From NCBI GenBank assembly GCA_964583985.1, contig CAZOYD010000033.1, forward strand, positions 1 to 36,777: 36,777 nt of DNA, written 5' to 3'. The notes under the pieces are model-generated. The model ran no database searches, had not been told where the DNA came from, and was given only the letters and a program-made list of their open reading frames with translations. The position numbers and the translations under genes are program-made. This DNA comes from an uncultured archaeon (GTDB lineage: Archaea > Asgardarchaeota > Lokiarchaeia > Sigyniarchaeales > SOKP01). The stretch's first letter is position 1. Each line of letters begins with the position of its first letter. Shown one piece after another: positions 18,781 through 28,225 of the stretch.

Positions 18781-21477
18781 TTATTTTTTCTTTTTCTGTT
18801 CAATCGCAGCTTGGGCTGCAGCGATTCTTGCTATAGGAATTCTATACGGAGAACATGAAACGTAATTTAGACCTATAGAATGTGCAAACTTAATCGAGCG
18901 AGGTTCCCCTCCATGCTCACCACATATCCCACATTTTAAGTTAGGTCGCGTTTTCCGTCCATCTTTAACAGCCATTTTCATGAGCTTGCCAACACCATCT
19001 TGATCAAGAGTATCAAAAGGATTCTCCTTGAGGATCTCCTTGTTTAGGTAGATGGGTAAGAATTTACTTTCGGCATCATCACGACTATAACCATAGGTCA
19101 TTTGCGTTAGGTCATTTGTACCAAAAGAAAAGAATTCGGCTTCTGTTGCAATCTCACTGGCCGTGAGAGCAGCTCTTGGAATTTCAATCATGGTACCAAA
19201 TTTATAGTCTAATTTAACTCCAAAGCTATCTATTGTTTCTTTTGCAACCCTTACTAGTTGGTTTTTGACATATTTTAATTCAGAGATCATTCCGATCAAA
19301 GGTATCATGACTTCAGGGACAACATCTATCCCTTCAAGCTTTAATTCGCAAGCGGCTTGAAATATTGCTTTCACCTGCATTTCATTTATCTCTGGCCAAA
19401 CTATTCCCAAACGACAACCTCGAAGGCCCATCATCGGATTTTCTTCAGAGAGCGATCTAATGAGCGCAATTACCTTTTTCTTCTTCTTAATTTCTCCATC
19501 CAATGGACTGGTGTTAAGAAGTGACTTGGACAAGTTATTGGTCATAATTAATTCTTGATTTTCTAGCATCACAGTAATAAGCTCCGGTAAGAATTCATGA
19601 AGAGGAGGATCAAGCAGTCTAATTGTTACTGGTCGTTCTTTCATTATTTTGAAGATTTCATAAAAATCACCTTTCTGCATCGGTAAGATTTTATTGAGTG
19701 CATCCATCCGATCTTCGATTGTTCGAGACATTATCATTGATTGTACAACTGGTAGTCGATCCTGAGCCATAAACATGTGTTCTGTACGACATAACCCTAT
19801 CCCTTGAGCACCGAATTCAATTGCTTTTTGGGCGTCTGTAGGCGTGTCAGCATTAGCCCTTACACCTATCTTTTTTAGTTCATCAGCAATTGCTAAAAGT
19901 TCGGAAAATTCTCCGCTAATTTCGGGTTCTACTAATGGTACCTTTCCCTCAATGATCCGCCCAGTGGTCCCATCTATTGTAATGTAATCTCCCTCATGGA
20001 TCTCTGTTTCTGCGACTCTAAATAACTTGTTTTCTTCATCAATTTCTATGTCTTGAGCCCCAACAACGGCAGGTTTTCCCATACCTCTTGCTACAACAGC
20101 AGCGTGAGATGTTTTGCCGCCAAATTGAGTTAAAACACCGCTTGATGCGAATAAACCGTGAACATCCTCCGGTTTAGTTTGGGGGCGAACTAGGATTAAT
20201 TCAGTTTCTCCTGAATTTGCTAATTTCTCTGTCGTATCAGCATCAAATATTGCTTTTCCAGAAACAGCTCCAGGAGAAGCATTAATTCCCTTGGCTAAAA
20301 CATGAACAACAGCATTTTCATCAATACTTTTAAATAATAACTTGGAAATTTTGAACGGATCAATGCTCATTATTGCTTCTTCCTTACTAATGAGTCCCTC
20401 CTTAACCATATCAACAGCAATTTTTACTGCAGCAGAAGGAGTTCTTTTCCCATTCCTTGTCTGCAAGAGGTAAAGAGTTCCTTTTTCAACCGTAAATTCG
20501 ATATCTTGCATATCCCTATAATGATTTTCAAGTTTCTCCATTGTGGAGATTAACTGCTTATGTATTTTTGGAAACTCTTCTTCCATATCTGATAATTTCT
20601 TTGGAGTTCTAATTCCCGCTACAACATCCTCTCCTTGAGCATTTGCTAAGTACTCACCAAATTTCAAATTCTCACCAGTTGATGGATCTCTTGTAAAAGC
20701 TACCCCAGTAGCGGAATCCCATCCCATGTTACCAAATACCATCACTTGAATATTAACCGCTGTCCCGTAATTCGGGATATTACTAATTCTCCTGTATGTT
20801 ATAGCACGCTTGTTATTCCAAGATTTGAAAACCGCCTCGATTGCTAATTTTAATTGTTTGAATGGTTCTTGAGGAAAGGGAGAACCGATCTCTTTTTCAT
20901 AAAGTGCTTTATAATCTGCGATTAATTTCTGTAAATCTGAAATGGTAAGATCTGTGTCTTGTGCAGTACGAGATATTTCACGTTTATATTTAACGAGAAT
21001 TCTTTCAAATTTCTCATCTCCAATACCCATTACAACATCTCCAAACATCTGAATAAATCGACGATAACTATCATAAGCGAAACGCGGATTCTCTGTTAAT
21101 GCCGCCATACCTACTACTGATTCGTCATTCAGACCCAAATTTAGAACCGTATCCATCATTCCAGGCATACTCATAGGAGCTCCGGATCGAACGCTCACGA
21201 GTAAAGGATCTTTCTTATCTCCAAATTTCTTTCCTGTCTTTTCTTCGAGTTTTTTTAGATGTTGAATTACGATAGGTTCAATCTCATCCATAATTGCTTT
21301 AGGATTGTCGAAATAAAGCAAGCAAGCCTCAGTTGTGATCGTAAATCCCGGAGGGATATTTAATCCCATCCGTGTCATTTCTGCTAAACCCGCTCCTTTT
21401 CCGCCCAAAATATATTTTAAATCTTTGCTCCCTTCATTAAAATCATAGACGAATTTCTTTTTTTCAGTGGTGGTCAT
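18781..21477 (-). CDS. ppdK: pyruvate, phosphate dikinase
   Basis: LGGKGA.L, PLLVSVRSGA..SMPGMMDT, TSHAAVVARG phospho-His, GIGLCRTEHMF, SFGTNDLTQ, GICGEHGG. Confidence 0.97.
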   Translation of the reverse strand: MTTTEKKKFVYDFNEGSKDLKYILGGKGAGLAEMTRMGLNIPPGFTITTEACLLYFDNPKAIMDEIEPIVIQHLKKLEEKTGKKFGDKKDPLLVSVRSGAPMSMPGMMDTVLNLGLNDESVVGMAALTENPRFAYDSYRRFIQMFGDVVMGIGDEKFERILVKYKREISRTAQDTDLTISDLQKLIADYKALYEKEIGSPFPQEPFKQLKLAIEAVFKSWNNKRAITYRRISNIPNYGTAVNIQVMVFGNMGWDSATGVAFTRDPSTGENLKFGEYLANAQGEDVVAGIRTPKKLSDMEEEFPKIHKQLISTMEKLENHYRDMQDIEFTVEKGTLYLLQTRNGKRTPSAAVKIAVDMVKEGLISKEEAIMSIDPFKISKLLFKSIDENAVVHVLAKGINASPGAVSGKAIFDADTTEKLANSGETELILVRPQTKPEDVHGLFASSGVLTQFGGKTSHAAVVARGMGKPAVVGAQDIEIDEENKLFRVAETEIHEGDYITIDGTTGRIIEGKVPLVEPEISGEFSELLAIADELKKIGVRANADTPTDAQKAIEFGAQGIGLCRTEHMFMAQDRLPVVQSMIMSRTIEDRMDALNKILPMQKGDFYEIFKIMKERPVTIRLLDPPLHEFLPELITVMLENQELIMTNNLSKSLLNTSPLDGEIKKKKKVIALIRSLSEENPMMGLRGCRLGIVWPEINEMQVKAIFQAACELKLEGIDVVPEVMIPLIGMISELKYVKNQLVRVAKETIDSFGVKLDYKFGTMIEIPRAALTASEIATEAEFFSFGTNDLTQMTYGYSRDDAESKFLPIYLNKEILKENPFDTLDQDGVGKLMKMAVKDGRKTRPNLKCGICGEHGGEPRSIKFAHSIGLNYVSCSPYRIPIARIAAAQAAIEQKKKK

Positions 21478-21642
21478 TTATTTACTCACTATCATATTCT
21501 CATGTAAATTTCAAACGAATAAAATAATAACTTTGATTTTAAAGGTCTTGTTGTAAAACCTTTAGCATGATAAATCTAATAATATCATATAAGAAATAAA
21601 ATTTTCGAATTGCCAAACATGAGGGCAGTGGGAATTTCTTGG

Positions 21643-22446
21643 TTATTTCAATGCATTGAGAAGTTCCCATATCCCTTCGATTATGAAGTCAGGTTTAAAT
21701 TGGTCACTCATATTAATCATGTTAAGGGTCGTCTCTCCTGATAACACGCAACAAGTTGTAACTCCTGCCTGTATTCCCATTTTTATATCAGTATATAATC
21801 GATCTCCAAACATCACGGCATCCTTGGGATTGATCTTCAACGATTCAAGTTTAAATAGTATCATTTCTTTGTTCGGCTTGCCAAAAACTCGTGGCATTCT
21901 ATCGGTTGCTTTATTAAGTAAAGCAGCTATTCCTCCCGCATCAGGTATGTATCCATTTTTGGTGGGGCATTTATTATCCAAATGGGTTGCGATGTATGGA
22001 ATCTCTTTTTGTAGGAAAAACGCTGCTTTTTCTAAACGACTATAGGTTAATTCCTGATCGAAAGCGAGAACTATAATTTCAGGATCGTTTTCCGTTAGGA
22101 TAAATCCTTGTTCCTTAAATTCTTCTTTAAGAGATTGAGTTCCCATGAGAAAAATCCGCTTATATGAATTCTTTTTTAGATAATCGATGGTAGGATGCTG
22201 GGATAAAATGAGATTATTGGGAGAGATCTCAATTTTTAGATCCTTTAATTTCTTGAGATATTCTTTGGTAGATTTACTCGAATTATTTGAAAGGAAATAA
22301 AAATTCATCTTCTTTTTTTCAAGTAGTTCGATTAGATCGAGCACGCCATCAAATAGATTATCTCCTAAATATATCGTGCCATCGAGATCAAAAAAATAAA
22401 CACTCTTTTTTGTTAATGCCGATAAATCTTTATCGATTAGAGCCAT
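21643..22446 (-). CDS. HAD-IIA (NagD-like) phosphatase
   Basis: FDLDGT, SNNSS, GKP, GDRLYTDI motifs. Confidence 0.92.
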   Translation of the reverse strand: MALIDKDLSALTKKSVYFFDLDGTIYLGDNLFDGVLDLIELLEKKKMNFYFLSNNSSKSTKEYLKKLKDLKIEISPNNLILSQHPTIDYLKKNSYKRIFLMGTQSLKEEFKEQGFILTENDPEIIVLAFDQELTYSRLEKAAFFLQKEIPYIATHLDNKCPTKNGYIPDAGGIAALLNKATDRMPRVFGKPNKEMILFKLESLKINPKDAVMFGDRLYTDIKMGIQAGVTTCCVLSGETTLNMINMSDQFKPDFIIEGIWELLNALK

Positions 22447-22615
22447 GAAGAATCGGAATGATATAGAATTTGATTATAGGATTTGATTTATATTACAAAA
22501 TATTAATTTTGTAAAAAAGTTATGTAGAATCCATCTAAAATCTCGAAATGAATTGCTTAGTAAATTAAAAAAAAAGAAAATAGTAATTTAATAGTTAATA
22601 TTTGGGGATGATGAT

Positions 22616-24106
22616 TTACTTGGCTATTGGGGTTCCACAATACTTGCAGAAATTTGCTCCAGGAGTCAAATCACTTCCACAGTACGAACAAATTTTAGAA
22701 TTTACAGGGGTAACTACTCCAGATTCACCTAACTTTCTTCCTTCTACTTTTAATCCGCAATTTGGACAGTATTGAGAGTCTGCCCTTAGTTTTGAATTAC
22801 AGCGCACGCACTTTAATTCAGTGTCTGGTGGTTGTTTTTCTTCCACTGTCAATGTAGCTGTATCTTTTGGAGCAACTTGTGCTCCTGGTTTTGTCTTGAG
22901 TTTCTTTTGGCTCTTGCGCGCGACAAAAGCGATAATGATGATGATTCCCACGAAGATAATTAGACCGATCAAGAATGGTTGCACGTCTAACCATCTATCA
23001 ACACTATTAATGCCCGTATCGTAGGTCACATCAAACGTGATTGCCGTGCTTTCTTGAGGATCATTCATCGGGTCGAAGTATACAAAAAAATACCAATTAC
23101 CATCATTTGGGACCGTAAAAGTGTTCGTTGCTACGCTGTCCACGTCTTCAATGAAAAGATCAGTACTGCTAAAATCCACCACATTTGCTGCGGAATAGGT
23201 GATCGTATAATTCACGTCAACGGGTGAAGCTAGATCATTATACCATACGACATAATAATCATTAGCTTCTGAGATTGGTAGGACACCATTATCAGTAACA
23301 ATATTCGGTTCGTCCACGTAAAATGAAGGAGAACCTCCATTATCCCATACATACATGTCATTTGCATCAGCTATGAAGAAATCAATGGAGCTTGATGCAT
23401 TAAAATCATAAGTGAGAGAAGAACCGGATCTTAAATAAATTGAATAGTACTGATAATTATTGTGTATGAGATTGAAACTATCTGTGTCACCACCAATCAT
23501 CGTAACTCTTGGAAGCATCTCAAAAGGTTGATCCCAGATTGCAAAAGTAATGGTGCTGGGGCTAGATTGAACCGAATACGTTATATCATTCCCTGCTTTA
23601 ATGTTTTCATATTCATACCAGTATTCATTATAGTATATAGTTTCAGTGGAACGATATGTTACGGAACCATTCGTATCTGCTGAACTGAACGGAAACCATA
23701 TTGCCACACCAAGTAAGGGTAATAATATCAAGGAGAAAACGATTGCAACTACGACTCCTCCACCAACGTACATGGGTGAATAATACCAAGGTCGATAATA
23801 ATAACCGGCCCACATCGGGGAATACCACCATCTTCGATACCATGGGTAATACCATCCATATCCATAATATCGGCCACCATATCCGTAATATCTTCGATTT
23901 GGACCATAATATGAGTGTCTATAAGGTCCACTTGGTGATCTTGAGACTATTCTCGTTGATCCAGTTCTCCCAAAGGGAACTCCACTAGGTCGCCCACCAG
24001 TTCTAAACGTGGCACCACCGCCTCGAAATCCGCCTCCTGAAAAACCGCCGCCCATACCACCTCCTCGAAAGCCTCCGCCTCCTCTACTTCCACCCCCACG
24101 AGGCAT
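22616..24106 (-). CDS. two-TM membrane protein: RGG/Tyr-rich N-terminus, beta-rich loop domain, C-terminal double zinc ribbon
   Basis: Gly/Arg low-complexity then Tyr/Trp-rich tract; TM1 'VVVAIVFSLILLPLLGVAIWF'; acidic beta-rich region; TM2 'FLIGLIIFVGIIIIIAFVA'; CVRC..CPNC..CSYC..CKYC. Confidence 0.8.
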   Translation of the reverse strand: MPRGGGSRGGGGFRGGGMGGGFSGGGFRGGGATFRTGGRPSGVPFGRTGSTRIVSRSPSGPYRHSYYGPNRRYYGYGGRYYGYGWYYPWYRRWWYSPMWAGYYYRPWYYSPMYVGGGVVVAIVFSLILLPLLGVAIWFPFSSADTNGSVTYRSTETIYYNEYWYEYENIKAGNDITYSVQSSPSTITFAIWDQPFEMLPRVTMIGGDTDSFNLIHNNYQYYSIYLRSGSSLTYDFNASSSIDFFIADANDMYVWDNGGSPSFYVDEPNIVTDNGVLPISEANDYYVVWYNDLASPVDVNYTITYSAANVVDFSSTDLFIEDVDSVATNTFTVPNDGNWYFFVYFDPMNDPQESTAITFDVTYDTGINSVDRWLDVQPFLIGLIIFVGIIIIIAFVARKSQKKLKTKPGAQVAPKDTATLTVEEKQPPDTELKCVRCNSKLRADSQYCPNCGLKVEGRKLGESGVVTPVNSKICSYCGSDLTPGANFCKYCGTPIAK

Positions 24107-24108
24107 GC

Positions 24109-25110
24109 TTAATTTTTCACCTCAATGGTTAAAGACTTAGAGCGAAATATGTGATCTCTATAAATTGCCCCTAGGAATAGTAACATCGAAATGATCGACA
24201 TTGTCAATCCTAGTCCATTTATAACGACATTGGCGGGAGGGAAAGTTGTTGAAAAAGCAATTCCAAAGAGAATCCACTCCAGTACCAAGAAAACAACTAA
24301 GAGATGGGGAATGATTGAGCGCACGATCTTACCCGTACGAATATTTCTAGCATCCGAAAAGCTTGCATAAATAAGGGAAAATAGCCCTAAGATGCCGAAT
24401 ATTACGATAAGTAGGCTAATTATCACTATGAACACCCATATCACTCCATCTCGTGCCACTAAATCAAGAAACGGTATGAGAAAATCCGTCCCACGCGTTT
24501 CAAATAATCCGAAACTTATCACTCCACCTCGTATTTCCGCCATGCCAAAGAAACTTAAGAGTTCGGCTTGATTCCCCAAATAAAATCCATATACACCGAT
24601 TAGGGGTAATAATATACCAAGTACGAATCCTAAGATTGAACAGGTACTGGCAAACCAAAATTCAGCATTTTTAGTATTTGTAACGGGTATTAACCCTACC
24701 TCATCCACATTCTCATCAGGAATGAAACTCCAACAGTCTTGAATAGTGCATACCCCGACTAACTTGCCTTCAGAAACTACCGGTACAACATTCACGTGTA
24801 AGCCTTGCATTCTTGTAAATGCGTCTGTTACGGGTGTATCAAGAGAAACGGGTTGGATTTTATACATTGCAGAAGTAACATTTGTAATCTTCGGGTCTAT
24901 TCCTACTGCTACGATGTTTTGAATGATATCAAAATCAGCAATTACACCGAGAACGTTTTCCGTATTATCTTGCATGACTACTAAATCTGGTACTCCTAAC
25001 TCTTTCATTTTTTTTGCTGCGTCTTGTATTGAAGCCGTGGAATTTATTATTCCATAATCGTCATCAATGATTAAATCCTTAACAAGATAGTTTTTACTAG
25101 ATAAGCCCAT
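24109..25110 (-). CDS. CBS-pair (Bateman) domain fused to a 4-TM domain
   Basis: 'SIQDAAKKM...VLGVIADFDII' and 'AF..M....VNVVPVV..GKLVGV.T..D' CBS repeats followed by four hydrophobic helices. Confidence 0.8.
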   Translation of the reverse strand: MGLSSKNYLVKDLIIDDDYGIINSTASIQDAAKKMKELGVPDLVVMQDNTENVLGVIADFDIIQNIVAVGIDPKITNVTSAMYKIQPVSLDTPVTDAFTRMQGLHVNVVPVVSEGKLVGVCTIQDCWSFIPDENVDEVGLIPVTNTKNAEFWFASTCSILGFVLGILLPLIGVYGFYLGNQAELLSFFGMAEIRGGVISFGLFETRGTDFLIPFLDLVARDGVIWVFIVIISLLIVIFGILGLFSLIYASFSDARNIRTGKIVRSIIPHLLVVFLVLEWILFGIAFSTTFPPANVVINGLGLTMSIISMLLFLGAIYRDHIFRSKSLTIEVKN

Positions 25111-25264
25111 TTTTTTAATACCTTATTTATCATTAGATTTGTTATGATAAATATTGAATTAAGTATAATAATCTTTTCATAATCCAATACTTGATTTATT
25201 ATTATGCACTAATTGATCCCTATATAAAAATGTAAAATTAGAAAAGAAAAAGAATTATATTGCT

Positions 25265-25723
25265 TTAGTAAAACTCAACATTAGTAATTACTGTAGTGCT
25301 ATTAACAAGTTCTTGTGCTGCTTTCGTGGCACGCATTACTTTCGCCATGTTTCCAACGAGTTTAAATTTTCCAGCCATCAAACCTTGAATTGGATCGAGT
25401 TCCTTCTTTAACACTTTTAACCAATTATCATATGTTCCCGAAAAAACAAATTCAACTGCAGGCGGTTCGCCTTCCTTTAGAGGTACCGGAGCGGAATTGG
25501 GTTTTAACACCACATGTTTTTCTCCGGGACTTAATATTTTTCCTCCCGTGCAATCTCCTTTATACAATCCTATGAACATTTTGATCTCTTTATCTAATTT
25601 TCCACTAGGTTCAACTATAAATAGGAAGTCTCCTTCCCACCAAGAGGCAGCTGCTTTATAATTTGGATTATCGTTTATGGCTTTAATATAAGCTTTTACC
25701 CATTCTTCAGAAAATACTTTCAT
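25265..25723 (-). CDS. SCP2 sterol/lipid-binding domain protein
   Basis: FSEEW...IN....Y..AA..W.GDF and LDPIQGLMAGKFKLVGNM..VMR. ATG 25723 is preferred over GTG 25735. Confidence 0.88.
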   Translation of the reverse strand: MKVFSEEWVKAYIKAINDNPNYKAAASWWEGDFLFIVEPSGKLDKEIKMFIGLYKGDCTGGKILSPGEKHVVLKPNSAPVPLKEGEPPAVEFVFSGTYDNWLKVLKKELDPIQGLMAGKFKLVGNMAKVMRATKAAQELVNSTTVITNVEFY

Positions 25724-25882
25724 TTTTTTTCTCACATCTTATTTTTAAATTTTTAAAGCTTGTTAATTAATTTTAATTCAGTCTGTATTAATTAATTTTC
25801 TTCAAATGATTAAATTTCGAAAATGATGAGTAAAATGAAAATATAAGAAAGAGTAAAAAATGAACGATGAAAATCTAATAAA

Positions 25883-27028
25883 TTAAACACCAATTCCTAT
25901 GGTGTTTCCTATACCAGCTAAAATTATTTTTGAACCTTTTTCAGTTCTTTTTCGTATTCCCATCTTAATTTTTTCTACAATGGCAGGCACGGATTGCGTT
26001 ATGGGTCGTGTCATGACAGTTATGGCATTTTCAAGGGATTGTCGACATATGACAGCATCAATTGGTATTGCTTTTTTCGTACTTGAATCTTCAATAAAGA
26101 ATTTTTCTACACCAATTCCTCCTATGGCTGCTCCTACACCAATCACAATAGATCCAGTTTTATCACTTGAAAGTTTTAGACCCGCATCGATCATGATAAT
26201 ACGGGAGATATTTTTGCCTTGATCTTCAACCAATTTTTTAATAGCAGTGCCAGGTTTTCCGACTGTTCCTCCAGGTCCTTTCGCTCTAATGACATAAACG
26301 GTTCGGTCTTCGAAATCTACTTCTTGAACAATTGTATCTTTAGCAATTTCAATTGCTTCAATATCCTCTTGTTGAGATACATTTCGTACAAAACACCCTG
26401 CAACCATGGGTCCAAGACCATCACCTATAGGACTGCCTTCTGAGAAGGCTTTAGTTGCTCTATAATAACTCTTTGCCATGCCTAAAATTATGGATAATTG
26501 CATTGAGATTTGCATTAAAAGTATGTATGATTTTGATTTCTTGCCCATAATTAAGAAATGTTTGATTAAACGATAAATGTAGTCCACTGCTCCAGCAGCT
26601 TCAACTATATTTTCTAAATTTTGTGCTTCAGGACTTCCAGGAGTTACATTTGGAGCCAGGGTAGCAACTTCTTCTTTAAACCGATCATCTCTCACGTCAA
26701 TAATATGATCTAATTTTGGTATTATTCCATAAGGATCGAGTGAAACGGGTTCAATTGTTATAAAGGAGAGAAAATCTTCAAGCTTTAATTGTAAATCTTT
26801 ATCCAATTCCTTTTTATCAGCATATTTTTTGAATACGTCTAATAAAATTTGTTTGCATTCATCGTTCCATGTTTTAAGTTTTTCTAATCCAGTTTCAACC
26901 TCTTTGGATGATCGCCACATCTGAATTTTCGTGCCGTAAAACATTGAAATAAAGATCATTACGAAAAAAAGCAAGTTAAGTAGTATAGCCAACGGATCCG
27001 TTTGTGCTTGCATTAACATGAGTATCAT
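25883..27028 (-). CDS. DUF1512 family membrane-anchored protein
   Basis: I.PVSLDP.GI, PIGDGLGP.VA, KGPGG.VG.PG, IDAGLKL, G.AIGG.G.EK, GIGNT.G.G. Confidence 0.85.
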   Translation of the reverse strand: MILMLMQAQTDPLAILLNLLFFVMIFISMFYGTKIQMWRSSKEVETGLEKLKTWNDECKQILLDVFKKYADKKELDKDLQLKLEDFLSFITIEPVSLDPYGIIPKLDHIIDVRDDRFKEEVATLAPNVTPGSPEAQNLENIVEAAGAVDYIYRLIKHFLIMGKKSKSYILLMQISMQLSIILGMAKSYYRATKAFSEGSPIGDGLGPMVAGCFVRNVSQQEDIEAIEIAKDTIVQEVDFEDRTVYVIRAKGPGGTVGKPGTAIKKLVEDQGKNISRIIMIDAGLKLSSDKTGSIVIGVGAAIGGIGVEKFFIEDSSTKKAIPIDAVICRQSLENAITVMTRPITQSVPAIVEKIKMGIRKRTEKGSKIILAGIGNTIGIGV

Positions 27029-27159
27029 TGCAATCCTTCTATAATTTTAAAAGAGCTAAATCGTTTGATTTAAGTGATTTAGTTTTCATAATAACAAAAT
27101 TTATTTAATCTTTTATTCTTTTCTATTATAAAGGTAAAGCTAGTTAGAGTGCTAATTTT

Positions 27160-27594
27160 ATGATTGACGAAGAAGACGATGATGAAATCTTAAAAAAAAG
27201 TAGATCACTCAAGAAGATTTTGAAAAACGTGGCATTAATCGCATTAATAATTGTCGGAGCGCTTTTTATATACTTGGGGGGTACAGCTCAAATGACAAAT
27301 TTCTTTATTGGATTCACCTTGATTTGCATTGGTTCAACTTTGATTCAAATCCAAAAAAAAGAAGAAGAACCTACGAGACAGACTTTATCGATTTTAAAAT
27401 GTGATAAATGCGAAATTACAAAAGTGAGAAATTATGAACCCGGTGATTTTGTTTTTAAAATCGTAGATTCCTGTGAAAAATGCGATGAGGCAATGAAAAT
27501 CAATCAAATCTACAGCGTTAAATTAAAAAAATCCACCGCAAAAAAACAGGCTAAGGAAGTTACCTTAAAAAATAAAACTCAAGCAAAAACTTAA
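27160..27594 (+). CDS. small 2-TM protein with C-terminal zinc ribbon
   Basis: Two hydrophobic helices then CDKC...RNYEPGDFVFK...CEKC. Confidence 0.75.
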   Translation: MIDEEDDDEILKKSRSLKKILKNVALIALIIVGALFIYLGGTAQMTNFFIGFTLICIGSTLIQIQKKEEEPTRQTLSILKCDKCEITKVRNYEPGDFVFKIVDSCEKCDEAMKINQIYSVKLKKSTAKKQAKEVTLKNKTQAKT

Positions 27595-27606
27595 ACCCTT
27601 CCTCAA

Positions 27607-28068
27607 ATGAGAAAAGGTGTTTCTAAAATTTTAAATAAAGTTGGAATAGGCGGAACTTTCGATCACTTGCATGATGGTCATAAATCATTAATTATGATTG
27701 CATTATCATTCTCCAAGCATGTTGTAATTGGGTTAACAAGTGATAAGCTCCTCATAAAGAAGAAATTTCATTCAAAAATTCAGCCCTACGATAAGAGATT
27801 TGAATCCTTAAAATCATACATTCTTGAAATATCAGATTTTTCTAAAGTAGAGATAATAAAGTTAGAGGATCCTTATGGTCCTCCAATAAATGAAGAAGAT
27901 TATGAAGGAATTATAGTCAGCCAAGAAACTTATGAAGGAGCCTTAAAGATCAATCAGATCAGAGAAAAGAACGGTTTTAAACCGTTAATTATAATTGTTA
28001 TTCCTTTAATTCGCGATTCTAAGAAAAATAAAATTAGCTCCACGTCTATTAGAGCAACTTTAGAGTAG
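27607..28068 (+). CDS. coaD: phosphopantetheine adenylyltransferase (archaeal/eukaryote type)
   Basis: GGTFDHLHDGH, IGLTSD, DPYGP, IVS.ET, IN.IR, KISSTSIR. Confidence 0.92.
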   Translation: MRKGVSKILNKVGIGGTFDHLHDGHKSLIMIALSFSKHVVIGLTSDKLLIKKKFHSKIQPYDKRFESLKSYILEISDFSKVEIIKLEDPYGPPINEEDYEGIIVSQETYEGALKINQIREKNGFKPLIIIVIPLIRDSKKNKISSTSIRATLE

Positions 28069-28111
28069 TAAACTTTTTTAATTTCCATTTCTACAAATAT
28101 ATTATAGATAT

Positions 28112-28225
28112 ATGAATGCTTGGCTGATCATGAATCATAGAATTTTGAATATAGCTTTATTGAGGAGTAGTTTATTCAAACAAGCTTCATTTATTTTCAG
28201 CTTCTTTAATCCGCCAAGGGAATAA
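28112..28225 (+). CDS. putative Phe-rich leader peptide (37 aa; 31 aa from ATG 28130)
   Basis: Translated by hand: MNAWLIMNHRILNIALLRSSLFKQASFIFSFFNPPRE*; five Phe in 11 codons, upstream of pheS-pheT-pheA. Confidence 0.4.
   Translation: MNAWLIMNHRILNIALLRSSLFKQASFIFSFFNPPRE

Noticed and set aside
21609-21629. Small hairpin ATTGCC-9 nt-GGCAGT downstream of the HAD gene
   Set aside because: Only a 6-bp stem with no further support.
23800-24106. Locally high GC as a foreign island or RNA gene
   Set aside because: Explained by Gly/Arg/Pro codons of the low-complexity N-terminus.
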